In this document: piece by piece, positions 23,166 through 34,251 of the stretch | Layout: every line of letters starts with the position of its first letter | How positions within the stretch are numbered: the stretch's first letter is position 1 | Origin: Azolla caroliniana | Taxonomy: Eukaryota; Plantae; Polypodiophyta | Direction of reading: 5' to 3' | Assembly (NCBI GenBank): GCA_043228905.1 | Contig: JBHGNT010000011.1 | Coordinates: 12,710,001-12,774,000, forward strand | Length of the DNA stretch: 64,000 nucleotides | Position numbers and translations under genes: made by a program | The notes under the pieces: generated by a model | The model's input: only the letters and a program-made list of their open reading frames with translations | What the model was told of the DNA's origin: nothing | Database searches by the model: none

Positions 23166-26006
23166 GGCGAAGAATATGGTTTTATGTTTAGGTGCAACAT
23201 GTGTAGTATAATGTTTGAAGCAATAGAGACATTTGTCTTCAACACATGATCTAAGACAACGTAGAAATGCCTTTACTTTAAATGGGTTTCTATTCCATTA
23301 TGAAATAGGTTGTAAGACAACCTATACGCGGTGTGTGATGAAATAGGTTACAAGGTTAGAAGGATATCTTTTGTGACAATCTTCACTGATGGAAAAGTCG
23401 AGGAATCTATTACATTCATGAGCCATAGTTATGTATGGTGACAAGTCATCATGCTCGACATTTGAATTGGTCTATAGGTTGTGAGTAAGTTCTTGGGTAT
23501 ATCGTGTAGCAATATAAGCTAGGTTAAACATAAATTGCAATCTGCATGTAGGAGTACCACCAAAGCACCATTAGAGATCACCAACTATGTGTTGGAGTTG
23601 GAAATATGTTATAACTTATATATATATATTTTATTGGTTTGGTCATGTAAACATCTTATTCATTGTCCACAAGGTGGACTTTTGGGTTTATAAACAAGAG
23701 AGTTTTTGTTGTGAACCTCTTTCTTCCTTTTTGGAACCCAAATGCCTTTCTATGTCAACTTTAAGAATGATAGCTAACATGTACTAAGTAGGGGTATTTT
23801 AAGGAAAGTTCAAATTTTAGAAATGCAAAGAGTGCCCATTGGATATTTGCAAGTAAACAATCCAAGGGTATTGACCAAAATTTTGTTGAGAAACAAGCTC
23901 AACAAAAGCAGTTTTTTGACTATCAATATCTGTATTGTTCACAGTAGCTATTGGGCGAAATAGCTATCATAATAGCGACATTAGCTAGTATAGGTCAAAC
24001 TCGAAGCGGTAAAGTTATAAATCTCTAACCCCTAATACTAGGTATCAACACTATATAAGACACTTAATGATCCTTAAGTGGAAAAAAAGGTTTTTGGTTG
24101 CTCCATAGGTGCGCCTCCTTCCCCTTTCTCTTGAACTCTAAGTGATCTTGCCCATCACGTGTTTGATGTTGCATAGAGAATAGCCTTGGCGAATTGTTAA
24201 CAAATTTCTAAGGAAAACCAAATCCTAATTTGCTATTTGTTTTTAAATACAAAAGTAAAGAGTATTTTGTAATGGAGATAAACAATGTCGAAATATAGAC
24301 CTTGAGTCACCATCATTGCCAAGATAGAGAAGCACACAATGTATCATTTCTATTCCCATTCATTATATGTAATTTGAGCCGCAATGGAATATTTGGAAAT
24401 GATAGAATCATCAATGAAGAAACCAAGTGACTTTGAAGAGAGAAAATTTATGATATTTCAATGTCTTGGGAGACCAATAGCATGGCTCATGGAACCCAAA
24501 AAGAACATTACAAGTCTCTTCTTTCCACATAGGAGGGCATATCCAATTGTAATTCATAAACCTTTCTTAGTATCAGTCCTACATTTGAATAGAGAAGTTT
24601 ACAATGCAATTTATCTAGTTAAGCTTCCTTGACAACATTGCAATTTGGCTAATCTTGGCATCCCTCATTCCACTCGATTGAATGCATCCATAAGGCATGA
24701 TTCAATGCCAATTATAAGCATATAATCTAATCAATGAGTGCCTCAAATAGTGGGATCACCATACCATCCATGTTCAATCACCCAACTAAAGGAGAGGGAG
24801 ACTTTTTCTTGAGCTCAAAAGTTTCAATTTCTATTTTCTAGAGTTGGTAGGCAATGTTCCTCTATGTCCTTACTTTGGTCATGTGTTTGTGAAATCTCAT
24901 TGGACCCTTGGTTCAATGGGTCTCACCCCAAATTGAAATTTATAAGGTTATTGAAATTGCATCCAGAACAAGTGTAGTATATCAGCAGTGTTTCTTATAC
25001 ATGTATAGTATACTTCAAACTTCCGTAAGGTAATCAATAGGTCAACCTCATGTTTGAAAACGTTGTCCACTAGTATGTTAAAATCTTAGTCAAATAATAT
25101 ATAGCTAGCAAACACAAGTTGACGTAACAAGTCCAATTGAACTCATGATAACCATACACAACACAAAACAAACATCGCCAATGGCCAACAAGACTAAATA
25201 CAAATCGGACATGTTAAACTTTCAACATGATACATCATCAAGTACTTTCCTACAAGCCTACCATTATACTTTTCCAAGTCTTTGTTTGAAATTACATGAA
25301 CAGGTTTCTCCTAAGTCTCATATCCTCTTTATATATGTATATATTGTCATTGTTTCTTTGTATCTTCAATCAAAGCACACAAGTACCATTCTCCATTGAA
25401 TGAAAACACTTCCAAATGCATGTTTCAAAATAAGCAGGAAAACAACTATATTGTTTACAGCAAAATCTTACTTCAACACACCAGAATGCTTGCCATGAAT
25501 AACATTTCAACCAGCAGAAAAACTGAAGGATGAAAGTTTTTAATTCAGTTCACTATAAAGCTTACACACATATATGAATCTTTTATGTGGTTCCATGATA
25601 TCAATGAATGCATGCACAATCAATATGTTCCAAACTAGCAAAAATACATCACAAATATTAATTTGATTGAGTGACATCCAACTAAGTCCCTACACAATAT
25701 CTCTGCAAAGTTGAACAAAGGATGAATTCAATATTTATACGATTAGTTAATGCATGTACAAGCAATGCAAGTCTCAAAATAGCAACACAATAAGATAACA
25801 CAAAGTATCTTAAGGAGCTATCCTTAAGATACAAACAAAACTAACTAGGCTTCATTCAAGTCTTGAGAGAGGAGCAAATTCAATCACAGCCCCCCACAAT
25901 ATCATTAAGGATTTTAACCTTCGATTACAATATACATCTCATTAAAGACCTTCACCTTAGCATACAAACTAGTAGAATTTGTTCCAGTCTTGAGACGTAA
26001 AGAGAT

Positions 26007-26276
26007 CTAGAGACACCTGGCCATGACCTCTTCAAAGTTCCAATCATTAAAGAGATCACGTCGGACAGCATGGCATCGAACAAGGCGAGGTGTCTCAGAG
26101 GAATCACTACTATTAAGAGAAGGTATCGGAGCCACTCTAGAGCCAATTGACATTGGGTCAATAATATTGGTAGGGGGTCTTGCAGTAGATGGAGGTCGTC
26201 TTGTAGCCCAACAACATGAAATCGTGGTGTCAGATCGATTTGAGAAGCTCCGGATCAACTCTGGTGCGGTTTCCAT
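26007..26276 (-). CDS. Putative small uncharacterised protein (89 aa), C-terminal PRLVRCHAVRRDLFNDWNFEE motif
   Basis: ATG at 26276 (gtaATGG context), METAPELIRSFSN...SSDSSETPRLVRCHAVRRDLFNDWNFEEVMARCL*. The Ser/Pro-rich middle and C-terminal motif resemble, from memory, a family of small plant proteins ending PRLVRSxxxRRD(L)xxDWxFxE; not repeat-derived. Confidence 0.7.
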   Translation of the reverse strand: METAPELIRSFSNRSDTTISCCWATRRPPSTARPPTNIIDPMSIGSRVAPIPSLNSSDSSETPRLVRCHAVRRDLFNDWNFEEVMARCL

Positions 26277-27299
26277 TACATGGCATGTAAATAGGTAATA
26301 TGGCTGAGATTGAACTTCTTCGTGGACTTCGTAGTATATCAAAGTGATGATGTCAGATTGGACTGTATGTGCATTCACAAAGGTTCAATACAACTCTCTT
26401 TCTTTCTCTTTCAAAAAAAACAAGCTTCTCCCACTCGCTCTCACTTCAAAAACAAGTCTCTCCTATTCACTCTCTCTACCTCTCTCTTCCTCACCCTCAC
26501 CCTCACCCTCACACACTCCCTTTCCCTCAAACTCACATTAACATTGACACAGACACTTTCACTCACTTACCCCTCACTGACACTCACTCTCCCTTTCCTT
26601 CACGGCCTATACCCCTTACCAAGAAGGAAGGATGATTTATGACAAGCTTGAGTAAATAAGGAAGAAGCAACCCCATTCACCAAATCTTGGAGGCTGGGAA
26701 AATGCACCACTAAAGCTCAAGCACTCATATTACATTTTCTAAGGAATTGCATTCCTCAAAAAGTGAGTCATGGTAATGGGGGTTGGTATGTCCCCCATAT
26801 CTTCCTTGATAAAAGAATTGACAAAAGATGCAAATCAACGATAGAAAAAAAAAGTACGCCAAGATCATACAAGCACAGAATGAAGGTGAGGGAAGTTGTT
26901 AATTGGGATTGATGCGCCATTATCAACAGCAAGGATATTGAATAGGAATTTGCGGTCTATGAGACAACAGAATCAGAGCTTCACATTGCAGTTTGAAACT
27001 GTAATAGAACATTTTGGACACACTGGGAAAGAATGGAACAGGCTGTCAAGGTGGGACCAGACATGCTCCTTATTACTGAGATACATCAAACATCAGAGAA
27101 AGGTACACCTTGCGTGGAGGACTTTCAACAGGAGTCCGCATACATGCAAATCACAAGACAAAGAACATCATGAGAGTTGGGTGGAATCACACTTCTCTTT
27201 CAATGAACCTTACGTCCACACATATAGGTAGTGTAATGAGATGCAGAGGCTGGACACGTGGATATGATGCAAATTAGATAACATGATACCTCTAACTTG

Positions 27300-28200
27300 G
27301 GAGACCCAGAGATGATGCACTCAATGTCTTTGAAGGAATCCGTAACATGTGCAAACTTAGCCAACTCAGGACTAGACAATACATGATTTTGAAAACATCT
27401 ATCAGGCCTATGTTCTTGACATCACCTAGCTATCAACAACAGAATGAACCCATGGTCAGATTCTAGTGCCCTTACATGCTTCCCATTAGTTGGTGGCCGG
27501 AACATAGTTTATTATATCATTGAGATAAAGGTTGCCACCCAGACCATCCCACCCTGCCCAATCAGTGCTGACAACACCTATGCTTCCATAACCCTTGGCC
27601 ACAAGACACCATCACAACCACCTTCTCCCTCATCACCAACCTCACCTCTATGAACAATCGTCCCCTTTACCCATGAGCTAGGAGAAACTTTTAGTCAGCA
27701 TGTCCAACAAAGACTCTACCATCTAGACCCAATCATAGTCCTCCATGCTCTCATCTCCCAACTCTCTACTGTAATCCATAGCTCTGCCTGGAAAGAGATG
27801 TATCAACGATTTTGCACAATTGTAAGCCTTGGGGAGACTACACAAAAAATAGCCAGCAAGAATATGCAAACCCTTGCACATACAAGATTGAGAAGGCCGT
27901 CCAGCAACTTCAACATGGACAATCGTATGATCAGATGGGGGTACAAGGCAAATACCTCATATATGTGACAAGCACATTTGCCCTTATTCTTGCACACATG
28001 TTTGATAGGGCCTTGATAAAGGGACGTCACAACACATGGACCATGCACATGATTGTGCCCATCCAAAAATCAAGGGACCACCTCCAACCAGGGAGCTTTT
28101 GGACTTACCATGATTGGCCACAAACTCACCAACCATTATGGAGCAGTACTTGAAGCAGAAATCCTAACTTACTGTGAGGTCATATAGATTTGAGCTGCAA
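27300..28200 (+). mobile_element. Degenerate LINE endonuclease/RT fragment
   Basis: LQHGQSYDQMG..LILAHMFDRALIKG..WTMHMIVPIQKS parallels the start of the RT ORF at 32054-33238; many frameshifts. Confidence 0.7.
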
Positions 28201-29772
28201 GCCACATAAAATTTTGGATAGCCTTCTCTATCCATTGCCACCTCCTTACGCTGCTATTTGGTGGACCAAGAAAAGGAGCACAAGAGGCGATTATGTATAT
28301 GGATGCTTTGTAGATTGCTCCAAGGCCATTGATATAGCAACAAGAAAACATTGAAGTGAAGTACGCAACCATTCAACAAATGATGGGAAAGCTGACCCAC
28401 AAAACTTTGTTCAAATCTTGCTTGAGCTTCTAAACCATAGGGAATCAGCCCTTATATTAGCATGTAGGATGTAACAACAATTACACATCATTGATTTCTT
28501 CCATAGTTCCATCCTTTCACTGACAGTCTCACCAGATCATGAAGATCATTGCTCACCATGTCCAATCTGCATAAGAACACCCAAATGCACTTATTGAACT
28601 TCAGAGCATTGTGACACCACACAAACCAGCCTTGCAAATCATGTTCACCATGCCCCATATGCATGAGAATACCCAGATGCACTTGTTGAACTTCATCATA
28701 GCTTTGATCATGGATACAATGCCCAGTCACCAATACCCAACCCATACTAATTAATTAAACACTTCATACTTGTAAACCATATCCATCATCATTCCACCGC
28801 ATGCATGAGGATCATGACCATAGAGTTTTAGTAAACCAAGCACTGATTCTATTTTTGCTTCAAAATCAATATTATGAATTCTTCCATATGTGTAATTTGT
28901 CTCATAAGACAAATTTAGCCTCCACAGAATGCTAACCTCTCCCCCCCCCCCCCCCTCTCTCTCTCAGGCTGTTGGCTTGGTGGTTTACGTTGTAGCATCA
29001 AAATCATAAATTTGAGGGAATGGTAGTACACTCTTAATAAATGTTTCTTACATTAAAAATGGTTCAAACAAGTTTCTCTTTCTTGTTTCTTTCCTCGAAC
29101 ATGACTCTTTCTCTAGGTGTCATGGCCAGGTAAACATCTTTAGAGAGATTAATGCTTCTATCCTTCTTTCTTTCTTCTCAATCTCGCAATAAATTTTTCT
29201 TTCATTCAGAAAGGTTACAATAAGTATTTAAAGCTTCTTCTTTTTTCAAACATAACTTTTACTCTCTCTCTAGGTCTCATGGGCCATTTTGGCCTTCAAT
29301 AGAGTTTAATACGCCTTTCAATCATCCTCTAAGAGACATAACTCTCATTATATGTAAAAACATATCTATTTATTTCGTAGAGATATCTCGCACCAAGTTT
29401 GATCCTTGGCATGGGACAAGTCCCATAGGTCGTATTGATCTCCCATTACATTAATAATATATCTATCAATCTATCTTTTCTTTCTTTATTAACATTTTAA
29501 AACCTTACAGAAGGAGAAACGTTTCTTGGTTGCTTCTTTATTAATATAGACATCCAAAAGAAGAAACCTTAATGTTGTTTCTTGTCTTCTTTATTAGTAA
29601 TAAGATCTACAAACAAGAAACGTTAATTTCCTTCTTTCTATGTCCGTATTAAGACCTACAAAGCAAGAAACATGTCTTTCTTTCTTCATTTTTCTGCTTT
29701 CTTTGTTAGGATAAAGGAAGACATGTCTATTTCTTTCATTCTTTCTTTCTTTGCTTCTTTAACAGCGCTAAG

Positions 29773-29818
<46 letters not shown>

Positions 29819-30189
29819 GCCTCAAATACACATACATAATATCTAGCAAAAAGATTTAGCGAGATAGATACAGAGAAAGAAAGATTCACCTCTACGGATT
29901 CGTGCCTTCAAAGAATTCGATGTTTTTGCTAGTGAGTGAGAGAAAGACAGAGAGATCTGCGCAGTTCGCCGAAAACGTTGTACCTGTGGTGCGAGAGGAG
30001 AAAGATATATATTTTTACCTCTCAAATTGTAAGCTTGAGCAGGTCCAGTAACGCAGATTAGAGAGAGAGAGAGAAGAAGAAGAAGAAGAAGAAGAAGAAG
30101 AAAAGAGTGGAAGGAAGTTTATTGTTATAAGTTTTAACAAAGAAATGTCTCTTATTCTAGGAACTCTTGCCGAAATGCCGAAATGCCGA

Positions 30190-30660
30190 AATGGATGTAG
30201 CTTAGTTGGTGAGGTTGTCCAATAAAGGCCGAACCGGGTTGGTCGTGGGCTCAACCCCTACATTTCACAGTGAGAGATATGTACGAAGTAATAGAGAGGT
30301 GACAAATTTGGGTTTCAAACCCAAGTCATAGTGCTTGTCACTAGTGTAACATAGGGTAAATTAATTACGATAAAAAAAGATAGACAAAGATAGAGAGATT
30401 GTTTGGGTCATCAAGCTATATCATGGTTTTAGCCTTGGGTTTCGAACCCAAGTCGTAGTACTTGAAGTGTAACATAGGGTAAATTAATTACGATAAAAAA
30501 GAGAGAGACAAAGATAGAGGGATTGCTCGGGTCATCAAGGGTTTCGAACCCAAGTCGTAGTACTTGTAGTGTAACATAGGGTAAATTAATTACGATAAAA
30601 AAGAGAGAGACAAAGATAGAGGGATTGCTCGGGTCATCAAGCTATATCATAGTTTTAGCC
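30190..30660 (+). mobile_element. SINE-like bipartite element copy D with its right module triplicated in tandem
   Basis: Forward head gtagcttagttggtgagg...ggtcgtgggctcaacccctacattt, then three copies of gggtttc(g/a)aacccaagtc...gtgtaacatagggtaaattaattacgataaaaaag...ggtcatcaag starting ~30310, ~30437, ~30539. Confidence 0.7.
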
Positions 30661-30764
30661 ATACTTCCCATTCCTGCCATACTTATACGTGAAAAGGCTC
30701 CAAGTATGATTGAAATCCATACGCGATACATAAATATATACATACGTTGTACATTGTGTGTGTG

Positions 30765-33265
30765 AGAGAGAAAGAAAGAAAGAAAGAAGATATATTAACG
30801 TCTTCTAAGGCCAAAATTGGCCCATGAGACAATTGGTTTACAACAAAAATGGGTATTTATCCAATCATCAAAACTAAAATAAAAGTAAAGTAAAAATAGA
30901 TTAAGCTAAAAGAGTTCTAGTAGTGTACAAAACATGGTATACTTGATAAAAAAGAAGTGACTTTGCACTAAGCCTAATTTCATTTCCACCCAAGCCTCTC
31001 GAAAAGAAGTGGGAGGTCAAAGGGTTTTGGTGTGGGTGTGACCCATGGTCCCGACGTATAGAGTGCCCCAACCATGGTTTTTAAGCGATGTAGCTCACAT
31101 TCCCTTATTTTATTTATTGCTTCTACACAACATCGAGTTGCTTTGAAACCCAACATCCGAGGGCGTTTGGTTCTTCTTTGATTTTCTGCTTCATCAAGGA
31201 AAAGCCCGAGTGGTGCAGGTGTGTCGACATTCATTGTCTTCCCATGTTCCTGAAAAACTTCATTTGTTACATGTTGGTAAACATTAGCAACATTATTGTC
31301 AACATTTTGTAACTTATTCTCTCTATGTTGTTTCAATTCTAGGATGTATCTGCCTAATTTCTTTATATCTAGTGTATCTAATAGTTTAGGGAGGGTGTGA
31401 GAGGAACCAAGTATGTCTTGGTATTTTTCCCTTATCTCAACATAGGTGGGACATTTGCATGTAAAGTGGTACTCATCCTCTATCTCTATGTGGCATAAGC
31501 TACATATCCTTTCCTCCCTAGGGACTCCATTAGTACGTCCATTCTTAATCTCAAGTTGGTGAGATGATATTCTAAGTTGACCAATGACAACCCTTAGTGC
31601 ATGTGGTAAGAATACATCTAGATATTTTGGCCGCGTAATAAAACCTAACTTAGAGAAGTGCATGAAGTGTTCCTTATAGTACAACATTTTAGATGGGAGT
31701 GGCTCTAGTGGGGTGATCCATTTATACCGAGTATAAATTTGCCATATTTCTTGGCGTATTACTTTATTGCGGTCCTCATGAGAGATTAAAGTGCTATCAA
31801 TCATGTGGTCGTACTTAAGGGGGGGGGGGGGGGGGGGGAGATTATTAACGTCTAGACCATTGTCAAGAAGCCAACTCACCATCATGCCATACCATGAGCT
31901 AGTATAGCCGGACTCATACAGTGCTCGAGAGGCTTTATAGGCTTGATGGGATATTCTATCATGTAGTTGGCTATATATCATGTGGATAAAGACTACAAGT
32001 TGAAAAAGTGCTTCTACTAACATCGGGGTAGAGTGAACTCATCCCTAATAATGTCATGTGGGACCGTCGATTTGCTTCAGAGTTGGCGTGATAACATCAT
32101 CACCAATGGTCTCTCTAATTGCATTCACATACATGAGGGAGGGAGTCACCAATGAGTCAAAGAGCCACCCTTTAGTCCGTGGCTCTTGGAAGTATGCTTG
32201 ATGGCATTGTCTCTCGAGGAGTGAGAGGGATGCATGTCCTCTCGTAAGTCTATCCTTCCTTGCTTGTGTCATCGAAAATTTACCTGAGCAGGCACTGAAA
32301 GTGACTCCGAGATAGACATATGATCCAACCACCTCAACTGGGCTATGGGAGATAGTTAGGTGACACTTAACTCTAACTTGGGCCGACGTGTGGAAGATAA
32401 GGACTTTAGTTTTCCCTAGATTCACCACCAATCCTCGTTGTGTGCAAAAGTCATCTAAGTCATTAAGGTGCCTTTGTAGGTCATGTTCAGATTCAAAGAG
32501 CAAAACTATGTCGTCTGCATAGAGCAAGATATGAACCTGCATATCCTTAAGGACTACTCCATTGCCTCCCTTACGAGCAATAAAATATGTGATCTCATCA
32601 ATATAGATCCCAAAAAGAGTCAGAGATAGGGGGCAACCTTGTTTTACACCAATAGTGCTAGTGAAACAATCGAATATGCCACCTGGACATCGAACACACC
32701 CGGACACTTGTTCATGTAGTGCATAGATGGCCCAAACCATGTCATCTGGTATCCTCAAGCTTTTAAGCCTATCAAACAACCGCTCTCTAGGGACTGTGTC
32801 AAAGGCTTTGCGGAAGTCCAAAAAACAACAATATAATTTCTTCTTGCGAGCCTTAGTCTGGTCAATTAAGCATCTAAGTGTGAAGATATGATCAATAGTG
32901 GAGAAGGCTCGTCTAAAGCCAGCATGTTCATGTGCACGAAGATTTAAGGTCTTCATATAATCGTTAAGCTCTGCCTCCATTACTGCACCATATAATTTAG
33001 CAAGGGTATGACCTATCATAATGGTCCTATATATATTTGGGTCCATGGGGTCCCCCCCTTTATGTATGGGGGCCATTGTGTTCATGGTCCATTGTGGTGG
33101 AAAACCCTCAGCAAGGGCACAATTGAAGATTAGAGTTAGCAAGAGAGTTAGGCACTCTCTCGCATATATGATGTGTTCTGCTCGCAATCCTATGTGGTCC
33201 ATGGACTTCCTATGTTGTAATTTCTTTATGACCTTCATGACCCTAGAGGCCGGGGTGTAGAAGGC
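30765..33265 (-). mobile_element. 5'-truncated LINE ORF2 (RTE-X/L2-like): RT domain plus C-terminal zinc finger
   Basis: ORF 32054-33238 with RT motifs (GFR, FLDFRKAFD, GVKQGCPLS, LLYADD, YVYLG); ORF 30980-32023 with LRISSHQLEI..CSLCHIEIEDEYHFTCKC; (TTTC)n tail; flanked by GA microsatellites. Confidence 0.93.
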
Positions 33266-33694
33266 ATTGGAATGGGTGGTTGGTTTGAGAGAGAGAGAGA
33301 GAGAGAGGTTTCTTCTTCTTCTGTTGTTACTATTGCTATGTTTTTTGTGACTGAATTGCTATTGGCCATGACAAAAGCTCCTCCTCCTCCTCAGATTCAA
33401 CCTCTCCGAATCCATTTGAGCCAACCATTGTGTGAGCAGAACCCACTAATCATCTGGATTGCTATTGGCCATAGCAAAAGCTCCTCCTCCACCACCATGC
33501 GTATGCAAATATTAGGAACTAGGGGCTTGATATAGTAACTTACAATAAAAAGAGAGACAAAGACAGAGAGATGAGGAAGGGGTGTAGAGATCCCTCCCTT
33601 GTTTGCTTGAGTCACCACTCTTGGTATATGAACATGCCATATCTCTTGATAAAGATGCACGCACACACACACACACAAAGTTGTATAGTTTTGT

Positions 33695-33878
33695 CACCTC
33701 CTTCCTTGAGATATAATTGTGAATACATAGAGACAAGGGGGGGGGGGGGGGGGGGGGGAGAGAGAGAGAGAGAGAGAGAGAGAATTAGACAAGGATGTTT
33801 AGTCGGGCCTTGCAATAATCCTATTCGTATAGTTCAGTCGCTCGCTTCCTTGAGATATGATTGTGAATACATAGAGAC

Positions 33879-33918
<40 letters not shown>

Positions 33919-33925
33919 AGGCAAC
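33695..33925 (+). repeat. Tandem duplication (cttccttgagatat.attgtgaatacatagagacaa + GA repeat + gaattag)
   Basis: Two copies starting ~33700 and ~33845. Confidence 0.8.
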
Positions 33926-34210
33926 AATGTAAATTCAATCCTATTCTTGTTAAATTACACAATGTGGCTATGGAGGAAGAAGGTTGCCATGTATTGTTCA
34001 CGCTCTTGCAAATGACCATCTCATGTAAGACAAGAGATGTGTGAGAATTGTTTTCAAATGCTTCAAGGTGTCAGGAGCAGTACTAAGATAGAGAAGTATT
34101 GTCAGGAACAATACTAAAACAAAGAAGGAATTAGTACTAAAAGATGAGGATTAGTACTAAGGGAGGTGTAGAACTCTCGAGAGAAGGAGAGAGCGAGCGA
34201 GCGAGCGAGT

Positions 34211-34251
<41 letters not shown>

